From Octopus vulgaris (lineage: Eukaryota), in NCBI GenBank assembly GCA_951406725.2, contig OX597815.1, positions 72,292,001 through 72,356,000 on the forward strand: a stretch of DNA of 64,000 nt. The letters run 5' to 3'. This document shows, one piece after another, positions 43,713-57,374 of the stretch (position 1 is its first letter; each line of letters starts with the position of its first letter). The position numbers were made by a program, and so were the translations under genes. The notes beneath the pieces were generated by a model, which saw nothing but the letters and a program-made list of their open reading frames with translations, made no database searches and was not told where the DNA came from.

Positions 43713-43890
43713 GTTGGCAACTAAGTTCCCGCCGTCTTTTTAAATAAAAATTTTTTTAAAGATTTAATAAAAAAAATAACAATTGATTAATCAATAATGT
43801 ACACACCCTTGTTGCTTACAACTTCTTCCCAACGTTCAACAAGATTTTCAATACCTCGTTGGTAAAAATCACTCGATTTCAACTCGATTT
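43709..43890 (-). mobile_element. Mariner 3' end with TIR, in (TA)n
   Basis: Terminus ttgggttggcaactaag. '[29 protein letters not shown]' is a mariner transposase C-terminus. Confidence 0.88.
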
Positions 43891-43927
43891 CGTCTGTACT
43901 ACTTGTACGTTTCGTAATATTTAATGC

Positions 43928-44036
<109 letters not shown>

Positions 44037-44143
44037 TGTATGTATGTATGCATGTATGTATGTATGTATGTATGTATGTATGTATGTATGTATGCATGCA
44101 TGCATGTATGTATTTGTGTATGTGTGCATACGTATATATACAC

Positions 44144-44201
<58 letters not shown>

Positions 44202-44202
<1 letters not shown>

Positions 44203-45125
44203 AGGGCTGGTAAAGATTAATTTGATTTCAATAATTAACTTTTGAGAAACTAGTGCTTAATTAATAGTTAATTTCGATTAAAACATAAAAATGACACGTT
44301 TATATTTCAGTTAAAACTCAGTTAAAAACAAGAAATAGCATATGGCTATGTTTAAAATTTCCTGTGATTTTTCGACATTTAATAAACAATGTTTTTGTAC
44401 CTGCGGCTTGAAATCCATGCAATATGCTCAACTGCAGCCTATGAGCCAAACACGGAATATGAGGAGCAAAACCAGTTTGATTAACAGCTGAAACTAAATT
44501 TCGTGAATAGTCTGTTACTAGAACCTGAATCTTCTTTGTTACATCCCAGTCTTTTACAAATTGTTTATATAACTCAGAAACAATGTTAGAATAGTGACAT
44601 TCAACAACATGCACACATTCAAGAATAACACTTATTAAATTCCAGTCATCAGCAATCCAATGGCCGGTGATTCCGCATTAACTTCCATTACCTAGGGATG
44701 TCCAAAAATCAGATGTTAGTGCAATTGCCATTGAATTTTTTCACTGCTTCTTTAACATTTTCTAACATTTTATCAATAAGTACACCGGCTAGGTAGTTTA
44801 TATTCGGTATTTTGAAGTGTTGTACGCAATATTTGCTGAAGACCATATTGGTCTACCACTATTAGCTATCTGGTCTGCAAGTGATATTTTAATGTCACGT
44901 TGTACGGTAGCACTCACCGAATGATCAGACCGACGATAAAACTGACTCAAAGTAGTCTGCTTGGAGGTAGATGCCACCCCCGTAGTAGACTGACTAAATG
45001 AAGCTAACTTTGCGAGGTGAGGTTTCGAATAATGTAGCAAGTGCTTGTTTTGAAGGAGGTAAGTGATGTGTTAGATCCATGGTATGTGAACGATTTGTTG
45101 CAATGGATGCAATATGTGTTATCAG
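44202..45125 (-). mobile_element. hAT transposon relic (BED finger plus Ac-like transposase)
   Basis: tagggctgg terminus. 'CIHCNKSFTYHGSNTSL' (BED), 'AIALTSDFWTS', 'VTDYSRNL' and 'HIPCLAHRLQL' motifs, with frameshifts and deletions. Confidence 0.88.
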
Positions 45126-47760
45126 GAATTTTGATATTACCGTCAGCCAACAATTTAAATCTTCCTTTCCAACACCTCTCACTTTTTGAAATTTTGTTTA
45201 CCTAGGGAGTTCAGTACCTTTTCTGCTTAGGCATTATTTCTGAATCTTCAGTTAGTTTACGTTTTCTGTTACTGCTCCTTTCAGAATTAATCGCTTTCGG
45301 TGATGGCACATCGAATATGTCCTGAAACACTTCCATTGGAATTTCCTTCCCTTCTTCTTTACGTCTCATTTATGCTCCCGTCATTGGCCTTTTATTAAAT
45401 ACATCATGTTTTCAATTCTTTTAGTCACTACTCCATCCTGCCAACTCTCTTTACCGTTCTTGTATATTTCGAAATGGACTTTGTCTCCGTTTAGTTTAAT
45501 TTTTTTGTAGTTTCTCTATACGTTTTTTTCCTTTGGCAACAGTTTGTCGAAGATCGATTTAATCTTTCGAGCTCTGCAGTGACTTGCCTGAATTGGTATT
45601 CACATTAGGCGTTAGCCTGTACACTTTTAAGAATTTAGTTAGCGCTTCGTCATTTCCTAACTCGTTCCTTGCTGTTTTTAGCGCTCGCTTGAAAATAGTT
45701 TCAAATCGTTTTGCATGCCCATTTGACGTCGGGTGGTAGGGCAGGGTAAACATGTACTTGATTGCATGCATTTTGCAGAATTTCTTGAACTTGTATCCAG
45801 TAAATTGTGCTCCATTGTCCGATACTATGGTGTCCGGAACACCGTATCGAGCAAAAATTTCAAGTAGGAACTTTATTGTAGCCTTCGTGGTAGGTTGACT
45901 GCACCTACATACTTCCAGCCACTTGGTAAAGCTACCAACAATGATCAAATAGTATGCGCCTTTCACTAGTCCAGCGTAGTCTATATGTACCCTGGACCAC
46001 GAACTATCCGTCTCAGGCCCAAGATTGATATTTCACCGGTAGTGCCTTGGCTGCCAGCGCACAACATCCACATGATCTTACCAAATTTTCAATGTCCCGG
46101 TCCATTATCGGCCAATACATGTAACTCCTCATCAAAACGTTCATTCTTGATGAAATGCATGTAATATCTATTTGTGTAGTGCAGTTGGTACTACCACACT
46201 TTGTGCGTACATTAATACATCGTCGCAGAGTGAAAAATGGGTCGCATTCGTGTTTCTCTTGTTTGTTTTTCAAGGTTTCCTTCATTTTTATGATATATCT
46301 GTCCTCCGCTGATTTACTTTTATGTTCAGGCAACTCCTGAATGACATATAACGTTTTTTAATTTCCTTTTCTGATTGTAATGCGGTCATCACCGTATTTT
46401 CCAGCGGTTCCGCATTATTCGGAATTAGCCTAGATAAACAATCCGCAACGGCTAATTTTCTTAGAAGGAATGTACTCCATCTTAAAGTTGTAATTCAACA
46501 ATATTGTACCCCAGCGTTGTAATTTGTTAGCTGTATGGGTACGAATTCCTTTCTTCGATCCGAAAATTGATAGTAATTGTCGGTGTTCCGTCTGAAGCCG
46601 AAAAGTTCTACCGTGAAGAAATGTGAGAAATTTCTTCACAGCAAAAATTATCACTAGAGGTTTCTCTATCTGACCGTAGTTTTTCCCTGCTACAATCAGA
46701 GTATGTGAGGCATGAACCACCGCCTTCATATCACCGTCTTTATATTTGTGTAGCAAAAAATGCTCCTATGCTGTATTCAGAAGTGTCAGAAGCTACAACA
46801 ATCTCCGCTGCAGGATCGATATGACCCAGCGACAAATCCGAAATTAATATTTTTTTTAGTATCCAGAAACGCCATTTGACAGTTATTTGACCAATTCCAT
46901 TTGGCGTCTTTCTTTAGCAAATTATTAAGTGGAGCTCTCAATTCATACATGTTTGGTATGTAATTTTGATAATAGTTCGCTCAGCCAAGAAAAGCTCGTA
47001 AATTCGCTATGTTAGTTGGGGGATGCATATTTTTAATTGCGTCTGCCCTCGACGGGTCAAATCTTCTTCCATTTTTTATCTATAATATTTAATTTTAGAC
47101 AAAAAGAATTCACATTTCTCCTCACTGAGTGTGAAACCGTAATCTCTTATTTTTTGAAAAATACACTTCACATGTTCAGTATGCTGATCCCGAGATTCAC
47201 TTTTAATTAATACATCATCGAGGTATGGAATTGCAAATTGACAGTCTGCCGACATCGCATCCATAACCTGTTGAAATATTGCAGGTGCGACCTTCAGACC
47301 AAATGGCAATCTATTATATTTGTATAGTGCTCTGTGCGTATTCACTGTTAGAAGCTTCGAGCACTCCTCGTCTACTTCAATTTGTAAATTGACATCAGAC
47401 AGATCTAGTTTCGAAAATATTTTGCTATCATTTAATTTTGCAAAAATATCCCCCGGAGTAGGCAGTGCATAGTGGTACATTTTTAGACAGTCATTCAAAC
47501 CAGTAGAAAAATCGGCATACGCTCTGATTTTGTTATTTTTTAAATACACACAGTAGGTGCTGCCCACTTAGAATAATCTAATTTTTGATTAATTCCCATC
47601 TTCTCCAGTCTGTCTAATTCTTCCTCTACCTGCTTTATCGCAACAAATGGTACCTTTCTACTAGGTTTGAATACATGTATGACGTTTTTCATTTGAAAAC
47701 AGGCCTCAGTCTTAGAACAGAGACCTAATTTGTCCGACAGTACTTCAGGAAACCAGTTTT
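45125..47760 (-). mobile_element. Ty3/gypsy LTR retrotransposon pol relic (RT-RNaseH-integrase), PPT and start of 3' LTR
   Basis: 'RLPFGLKVAPAIFQ..YLDD' (RT), 'YGQIEK...QRWGTILLNYNF' (RNaseH), 'YGVPDTIVSDNGAQF...PYHPTSNG' (IN). Minus strand aaaaagtgagagg|TGTT with the junction at 45175/45174. Confidence 0.93.
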
Positions 47761-48722
47761 TACCATGAAAACTTTTGACCTACAGGTTTTTCTCCGCACT
47801 CTACATTTCGCCTACGAAGTGTAGTTTTTCACCTGTCACGCCTCGTGCAATTTTCGATGTTTTTCTTAACGTAGGTTTCCCAATTATTTTCCACCCTCGC
47901 CACAACAATTGTTAAGTCTTCTCGATGTGTAAGGCTTTAAGAAGAAGTTTTGAAATGAATGGCTAAAATTCTGCTACGTTGAACTGGATTAGTCTACAGT
48001 TGTTACTGGATTGCGTGAAACAGCGCTGCAGCAATTCCATTGTGATAAGTTCGTGGTGTATCTAATAAAGTTTATACAGCCCAAGAACTGCTTTCTAAGA
48101 CCACGTCGATCTTGAAGGGATTATATTCGACAAAATCACAAGAAGAAGAAGAAGGAGGAGGAGGAGAAGGAGGGGAGAAGAAGAAGAAGAAGAAGAAGAA
48201 GAAGAAGAAGAAGAAGAAGAGGAAGGGAATGACTTGAATAGATGGCATCATATTTCAAAAACAAAATATATAATTTTTTTAAAATTTAGAACAAACATGA
48301 AAATGAAAAAAAACAAAAAACAAAAAAAAACAACTACATAAGCGAAGGAGTGAAACTGTAAGAACATTGTAATGTTTACAATAGATCGTAAAGGGAAAGT
48401 GTAAAGCTATTATGAAAAGTATTTACATAGATAATGTTACATTAAAGTACTAGTCTCAAAACAATTGATGTCTATAAAAATATTGGTGAATAAATGAATG
48501 TAAAAAATGTTTCAACGCAGCCGGTAGTTAATGAAATTATGAAAATTAGAAAAGGTCTATGCGATGTAGGATTAAATGCTGTAAAATTATTACTTAATAA
48601 AAGTTGAATAAAATATGTAGAGCAAAATTTAAAATATATATTACAGGCAGTCAGGTTTGATTTTCACGAACATTAAGCATATGTATAGACACACACACAT
48701 TTTGTCGGGTGTGTATGTATAC

Positions 48723-48755
<33 letters not shown>

Positions 48756-49298
48756 AGTCTGTGTGTGTGTATGTATACGTATGTATATATATATATATAT
48801 ATATGCGCATACACATGCATATAAATATACACACATATACACAAATATGGACACGCACACATATACAAACACACACATACACAGGCATTCTCACACAGAT
48901 ATAAACAACACACAGACATATATATTTATAAACACACACGCGTACACACATACACACACACACACACACACATATGTCGACACACACACATATAAATAAA
49001 GTGGTTGACAAGGAAAATAAGTCAGGTTATAGGTACATTAAAAACAAATCTACATATTTTATATATTCAGTTTTCCTGAGCCAAATAATTTGTTCAGGGC
49101 GAAAGGACGTTGTTCCTACAACATAAACCTATATACTCATCTTCAGTTATAATGCAGCTAATTCTCAAGGACTAATTGTTTAATAATGTACACACCTGTA
49201 TTCGGTGGAATTTCAAACACACTCACACACCCACAAAATATTTTCAGGTGTTTATGAAAACCAAGGTTGCATTGTGTGATAATATTTGCATAAATATA

Positions 49299-49465
49299 GG
49301 TGCACTTATTGGTCGTGTGGATAACAAGTTCAGTTTAAAGTCCTGTGGTTTCGGGTTCAAGTCCCATTGTGTGACACTGTGAACAAGTGTCTTCTACTAT
49401 ATTCCGGGAACTATCAATGCTTTCTGAGTGTATTTGGCGAACAGAAACTCTGTGGAAACCCGTAG

Positions 49466-49466
<1 letters not shown>
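49299..49466 (+). mobile_element. SINE family A, old 5' half
   Basis: ggttcaagtcccattgtgtgacac...caagtgtcttctactata. Confidence 0.7.
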
Positions 49467-49533
<67 letters not shown>

Positions 49534-49871
49534 AATCTATCTGTCTATCTACACACACAAAGTAATGTTTGTCGCACTTTAACATAGTGTTCTGTACGAA
49601 CCAATACTACTACCATTTTTAACCCCAAGAAGACGTCTCTTCCAGCTGGTTACCGATGCAAACCCAAAGAAGACGCCTCCTCCAACCGGTTATCGATGCA
49701 ATCGATCGCATCGATAACCAGCTGGAGGAGACGTTCTCTTCGAGTGAAAAATGGCAGGAACGTCGGTTCGCACGAGACAGCCATGTTGAAGTGGCGAAAA
49801 ACATTACTTCTCAGTATGGTTACTACTTTCATCTCTTCTGATCTCTTATAGAGATTTTCTAATTAGCTACT

Positions 49872-50392
<521 letters not shown>

Positions 50393-50460
50393 ATGTATAC
50401 GTATATACATACATACAAACACATACATATATATATATATATATACATGTGTGTATATAC

Positions 50461-50511
<51 letters not shown>

Positions 50512-50584
50512 TGTATGTATGTATGTATGTATGTATGTATGTATGCATGCATGCATGTATGTGTGTTTGTATGTATGTATATAT

Positions 50585-50706
50585 AGTTAAAATTTACTGA
50601 AAACACGAAGACAGGTGAAGAAACAATAACGAAGTGTATTATTTTAACGCTCGGAATGAACGGAAACGGCTTTAACGTTTCGAGTCTATCGCACTTCGAC
50701 AGAAAG
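50585..50706 (-). mobile_element. PLE-type terminal-repeat fragment with decayed minimal hammerhead (50670-50706)
   Basis: Minus strand: CUUU-CUGUCGAA-GUGC-GAUAG-ACUC-GAAA-CG-UU-AAAG. Homologous to the 24978 copy. Confidence 0.65.
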
Positions 50707-50708
50707 GA

Positions 50709-50766
<58 letters not shown>

Positions 50767-50782
50767 GCATGGATGTGTGTGC

Positions 50783-50830
<48 letters not shown>

Positions 50831-51046
50831 TATACATGTACATGTGTATGTGCGTGTGTGTATCTTTGATTTGATGTTTGTGCCCCCATAATTTAGCGGC
50901 CGAAAAGGGAATCCATGTTTGCAGAGATTTGAACTCGAAACACAGAGCCTGAATTTTCGCTGTATAATAAGTTATAAATATTGTACCTTTCTTTGTATAA
51001 TCATTTTTACATTGAGACGCATGACATAGTTTATCAATTACTTTTT

Positions 51047-51241
51047 TTTTCTTACTTCAACCATTAGACTACGGTCATGTTGGGCAGATCCCTGAAAGGA
51101 TTTCGTTGAATAAATCCACCTCAGGACTTGTCTTTTAAGTTTAATGCTTAATCTACCAGTTCCTTTTAACGAACCGTTAATTTACCGAGACAAAACAAGC
51201 CAACACAGCTTCCTAAGAGGTGACAGGGGACAAACACAAAG

Positions 51242-51298
<57 letters not shown>

Positions 51299-51470
51299 CT
51301 CTCTCTCTCTCTCATACACACACACACAAAACGGTCTTTCACACAATTACCATCTAACAATATCAGTCACAAGGCGTTGCTGACTCGGGGTTGCCCAAGG
51401 TGCCGCGTAGTGGGACTGCAATCGAAACCATGTAGTTGTAAAGCTAGCTTCTTAACTACACAGCCATGCC
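51047..51470 (-). mobile_element. SINE family A, diverged
   Basis: gcccaaggtgccgcgtagtgggactg...cacagccatgcc head plus 3' body. Confidence 0.78.
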
Positions 51471-51599
51471 TATACTGGTAAGTATTATACGTTTTATGCT
51501 TAATTCTTAGATTTCTCAGAAATATAAATTCATCCTTTTTTTTTTTTCTTTGAAATCTTCCTTAAAGATAATACACTGAGATAATGTTGTTGTAACATC

Positions 51600-52320
51600 T
51601 AAGAAATATTTATCAATATCTCTCTCATCCTCTACAATGTCTCATTTCTTCCCAGAATACATTTCTACCTCCTTCTACTCCATCGCATGTTTGTTTTCGT
51701 CTTTTGTCGATCTGACCCTGCGAGAGGTCACATCGTTGTTTTCTCTCTCTCTGCTATTTTCCCGTTCAGCGATCAATGCTTGAACAATAAGCTATTTTCC
51801 TTTCTCTCAGCGCTAATTCAATGCAAAACCATCCCTCGTTCTCATACGCTATTTCAACCGAAAGACTTCAATGTCATCCTTGCTTTCGGTTCAGTCGAAA
51901 GACTCAAATATACTTCATATCCTTTTTATCGTCGTGTCTCTTGATATTATACCCGCATAATCCCGCTTTCTGTTGTTTGTTGAAAGACTCATATTTTCCA
52001 TATACAACTGTGTTGCCTTGTTTATTATTGCTACATACACATGCTACCCGCGATTTGTTTGTTTCAATTCTCTGTCATTGCTGCACCATTCTCTTTAAGC
52101 ACATTCCTTTGAAAGTAGTGACACCGCTGGAGATAACGATACTGTTTTAAGGTGTCCAAAATACCATGACCTCTAGATTGACAGCTGATGAAGGGACCTC
52201 TTTGTTTATATAAAATTTGATGTGATCTTGTTTCCCGTACCTTATACGTTTTCGTTGCCCTCTGCCTCTATATTCTTCTAATTTGCTCAATAAGGCACGT
52301 TTTATTACGACATTGACACA
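51600..52320 (+). mobile_element. CT-rich probable PLE terminal repeat
   Basis: Shares agtcgaaagac with the 9.5 and 26.6 kb elements and ctgatgaaggg with the 41.0 kb element. Confidence 0.5.
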
Positions 52321-52483
52321 TAATACACATTCACACATATGTACACACATAAGAACGCGCGCACACGCACAAACACTTACACACAAACACAAACACACAC
52401 GCACATGCGTGCGTACACAAACAAAATATATATAAAAATTTACATACATGTAAACAAGTTACGCTCGTTTCTCTCTCTCTCTC

Positions 52484-52547
<64 letters not shown>

Positions 52548-54529
52548 CTTGGACACATTTCTTGTTACATACATCAGCAATGACATTCTCACTGATAATA
52601 CTTTCCCTGTATATTGCAAAAATAAATTGCACTTCATATTTGCGGTTCCGAAGAGGCTATAGGAAGTTACTAAGACACTCAACTAAGAGTCCACTGCATC
52701 TTATAGCAAAAACAGTTGTAAGCTAATGAAGTTTATAACATAACCATTGTTTTCCTGTATCATCTCTTTCTCTATATGTGTGTGTGAGTATGTGTGTGTG
52801 TGTGTGCGTGCGTGTGTGTATTTGTGTGTGTGTGGGGGTGGGTGCGTGTATGTGTTTGTGTGTGTGTGTATAAAACTGTTATTCCGTCGATCGTTGTTTA
52901 TCATTGTACAAGAAAGAGAATTGTCAGTTTTTTTTCGAAACAAATTTGAGGATGATGGAATAGAGTATGTCATGTAATCTCTTTGCGTTTATTGAATTGA
53001 ATTGAATTTTCTATATAGTTCCAACGACAAAGTGCTTAATACTCATATGTAGCTATTTCATTTTGTCTGGGCCTCATCAGTAAGACGCAATTAAGGATTT
53101 ATTAATTATATTGCATTATGAAAGGAAGCAGAGAAAGAGGGAGAACATTATTTTAGCAAAGAGAAAGGTAGAGGATATATATGAAGGCATATGTGCCGCT
53201 CAAGTGTTGTTGGACAACACCATATCTGCTTCGTAGATAACGACTTCAGTGTTGTATTGACCATTCACTGGTCACTTACTGTCGACCCTACATTATCATA
53301 TTGCCCTCACTGGAGGCCTTGTGGTACTCACTCATATTCTTTTTTTATGCTAGATGTACAGCTAAATGAGACTAGTAAGTTATGCTCATTGAATATTTCC
53401 CGATACCTATGATCCTGTGTAAAATGCTTCTCCACTAATCTAAGAAAGGCCAATATAACGCTGGTTTTTCCGTTGAGTGTGAATGGGGAGGGGACCGAAT
53501 AACATTTCCGCGATGCTTTCTTTTTGTTAGTGTTAGGGCTGGGTATGTAAGTGACGCAGTCTTTAAACCTACTGGCTGCCAGATCCTCGTTATAATCGGA
53601 GGCAGCCGCACCAAAACCACACTCTAGTTGAGGATATGTTCGATATCACATGCTGTCTGCACTCCAAAACACTTCTTCAAGTCTCGATTGGAGGTCTCTG
53701 CACCGCTATTCTAACAGTTCCGAGCCAACAGCAATGATGTTGCCAAGAAAGGTGCAGGCTCTATTAACCCACACTCTTGCATGCTTTCCTTCTACGACAA
53801 CAAACTGGGTGCTGCTATAACCATTCCATCAATATAGAAATTACTGTGTTTTACAACTCGTAGATTTGTCTTCTGCTCTCAGCTTCATTCACATGTATAT
53901 TGAAGCTCTTTCTGCTTCATTCCTCGCTTCACTAATCACTGCTCTACTGCCCTTGTTAAGTCCAGTAAAATCCAGCGCCAGACAGATAGGACATAGTTTC
54001 TCTTGCTAAAAATTCGTACCTCAACAGGAAGTACCGCTGTAGCTTATTCATACATACACACATACATAGATACATAAATTTCTTATAGGGTCTTAAAGTG
54101 AGAATGACATGTATGTATGTACTCATATGGATGTCTGTCTATGTGGTTTCTGTATTTGTGTGTGTGTTTGAGTCTATGTGTCATTTCTCTCCCCACCTTT
54201 CTCTTATTTTCTTTCTTTCTCTGTGTGTGTAAGTTGAAAAAAGTTGTAGCATCTGAACGGAAACTAGTCAAGAAATTAAAGTGAATCATAGCAGCAGCGG
54301 CAGAAGAACAGGAGTGGTATTAACACCAGCAACAACAGTGGAAACAACAGCAACATCAAAGAACAACAAGCAAACCACTCGCACACCTACTTCAACGTCG
54401 AAGACATTAAAATATATAACAATGAATAAATAGCTTAATGGCAACACAGACACCAAGAACTTTATCATCTCTAACAACAACAAAACACAATCAAAAGAAC
54501 AACCGTCACAGCAATAGCAGCTGCTGCTG

Positions 54530-54577
<48 letters not shown>

Positions 54578-54666
54578 GAGGATGATAACTGATGAAAGGT
54601 AACGACGGGAATCAGCAGCAGCTATATAATCAGTAACACTAATGACATGAATTACAATTCACATAC

Positions 54667-54756
<90 letters not shown>

Positions 54757-55299
54757 TGTATGTATGTATGTATGTATATGTACGTACGTATGTATGTATA
54801 CACATGTGCATATTTATAAACATATATATGCGTATAGATTACATATCTATCAATGTCCCAAATGAATTATACATATACGTAAATTCACATACACCCACAC
54901 ATATAAGCATACGCACACATTCTTACAATATGTGTACCATTATTTATACGTTCCATATACACACACACACACACATATATGTATACACACATACACACAC
55001 AGACATATATTTATGCGCGCACACAACAAATATAAGAACTCTCAGAAGAAGAGCAACAACAATAATATGGAGGACAACTATTATAACAACATGCAGTCAC
55101 TAATAAGGTGAGGTTGTTTGACAACGATGACGACGACGACCTCACAACAACTTCAACAACAACAACAACTACACATATAACAGCAACAACAGCTACAAGA
55201 GATAAAGAGTAGGCAGTAACAATAGAATAGATTCTAAAGCAACAAGCTCATCAACAACATTAACAACAACAACAATCATAGCAGCAGCAGCAGCAATTA

Positions 55300-55352
<53 letters not shown>

Positions 55353-56221
55353 ACAATAGCATTAGTAGAAGCAGCAGTAGCAGCGGCAGCAGCAGCAACA
55401 GCATCAAGATGGCCAACAAGATTTTAACGACAAAAACAACAACGAAGGAAATAACGACTAAAACAGCCGCAGTAACAACAACAACAACAACAACAGCAAC
55501 AGCAACAATGACGATAGCAACAACTCTAACAAAAGATTGATAACAGCAGAAACATTGCTGCCATTACTATGACAACCATTACCACTATCACCACCAACAA
55601 TAACAACGACAAAGGCATTGATAACGTGAGAAACGTTACCACCACCACTACCACCATCACCATGACCACCACCCCTCTTCACCATCCCCGACGACTACAA
55701 CAAACACAACAACTGTATAACGTTGAGAGTAAAAGAAACGGAACAAAACTGGTTTAATGGCATCAGATAACTTGAGGGCGCATGCGCAGTGACCAAGAAA
55801 ATACTTGAAAGAACAGACGGTAAAATAAACAATAATGTCAAAGTTTATTTTGCGAATCTTCTGCAGACATCAAAGCGAAAAAAGAGACATAATGAAGATA
55901 AATAAAATACGGTGAATGTCATTCGGTACATAAGGAAGAAGCGGAGCTTTGAGTTAGTTGTCAGTGGAATCGGTTCTATGCAAATTGATTGTAGATGTAG
56001 ACTTTTTCACACACCAAAACCATTGCTGGGTTAATTTTTGTTTTATATTATTTTTATTTAATTTTAATTTATATTATATTTTGTTTCGTTTTGTTTAGTT
56101 GGTATTTTTAGGTTGATAAGAAGAGAGCGAGCAAAAAAAAAAAATTCATAAAAATATAGAATTTTTCTCTTTTTAAATTTTAAATCTTAATTTCTTAGTA
56201 CATTTCTGAAACATGAGCGAT

Positions 56222-56285
<64 letters not shown>

Positions 56286-56964
56286 GGAGAGAAAGAATGA
56301 GAGATGGCGGAAAATGCTAAAATTGAAAGGAAAAACAGAACAAGAAGAAAAAGGAAAAAAGAAAAAAAGAAACAAACAGAAAGAACTTAGGAATAAGAGA
56401 GACAGTGAAAGGGCGGAAAATTCTAAAATTGGAAGAAAAAAAAAAAGAACAAGATGAAAAATAAAGAAAGAGAAACGAAAAGAAATAATTAATGAATGAG
56501 AGACAAAAAGTGAAAGACAGCGGAAAATGTTAAAATTGAAAGAAAAAGAGAGTGAAAAGGAAAAGAAAAGGAAGAGAAAGAGAAAGAAGGAATTATTGGC
56601 GCTAGTTTCCTTCAGATTTTCTTGAAAGTTTTCATATCTGCTGGAATGATGGAATTGGTATTCTTTTATTATAACCTGCTTGAACTTCATTGAACTGAAG
56701 CACATGATAATTTCATTGCATCACTTCTCTCAGACAGTGATTCCAGTCTTTTACCATTAGTTCTAAACGAGTTTAGTCTAATTATCGTGATAGTGATGTT
56801 GTTTTTTTATAGTTTTATCTGGGGATGGAGTGAGGAATAAACTCTAGATTTGTTGGTAAGTGAATTAGTATTAGGGGGTAGATTAGGTAGATGAATATGT
56901 AGATATACAAGGCTATAAATATGCAGATAAACATACAGACAGACAAGCCGATAAATAAATAGAC

Positions 56965-57124
56965 AGGCATAGGCGTGGCTGTGTGGTAAGAAACTTGCTT
57001 CTCAACCACGTGATTCCTGTTCAGTCCCACTGCGTGGCATCTCAGGCAAGTGTCTTCTACTGTATCCTCAGGCCGACCAAAGCCTTGTGAGTGGATTTGG
57101 TTGACGGAAACTAAGAGAAGTCTG

Positions 57125-57171
<47 letters not shown>

Positions 57172-57370
57172 TCATCTATCATCGCTTGACAACCGGTGTT
57201 GGTGTGTTTACGTCCCCGTAACTTAGCGGTTCGGTCAAAGTGACCGATAGAATAAGTACTAATCTTAAAAGATAAGTCCAACGATCGAATTGTTCGACAA
57301 AAACGCTCCAAGGCGGTGCTCCAGCATGGCCCGCAGTCAAATGACTAAAACAAATAAAAGAATAAAGGAA
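56965..57370 (+). mobile_element. SINE family A, full length
   Basis: Near-consensus head, (TG)n, body and tail. Confidence 0.92.
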
Positions 57371-57374
57371 TAGA

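Noticed and set aside
53450-53980. Possible LINE fragment
   Set aside because: No motif could be identified with confidence.
56187-56705. 172-aa hydrophobic ORF
   Set aside because: The reverse complement of a GA-rich low-complexity tract.
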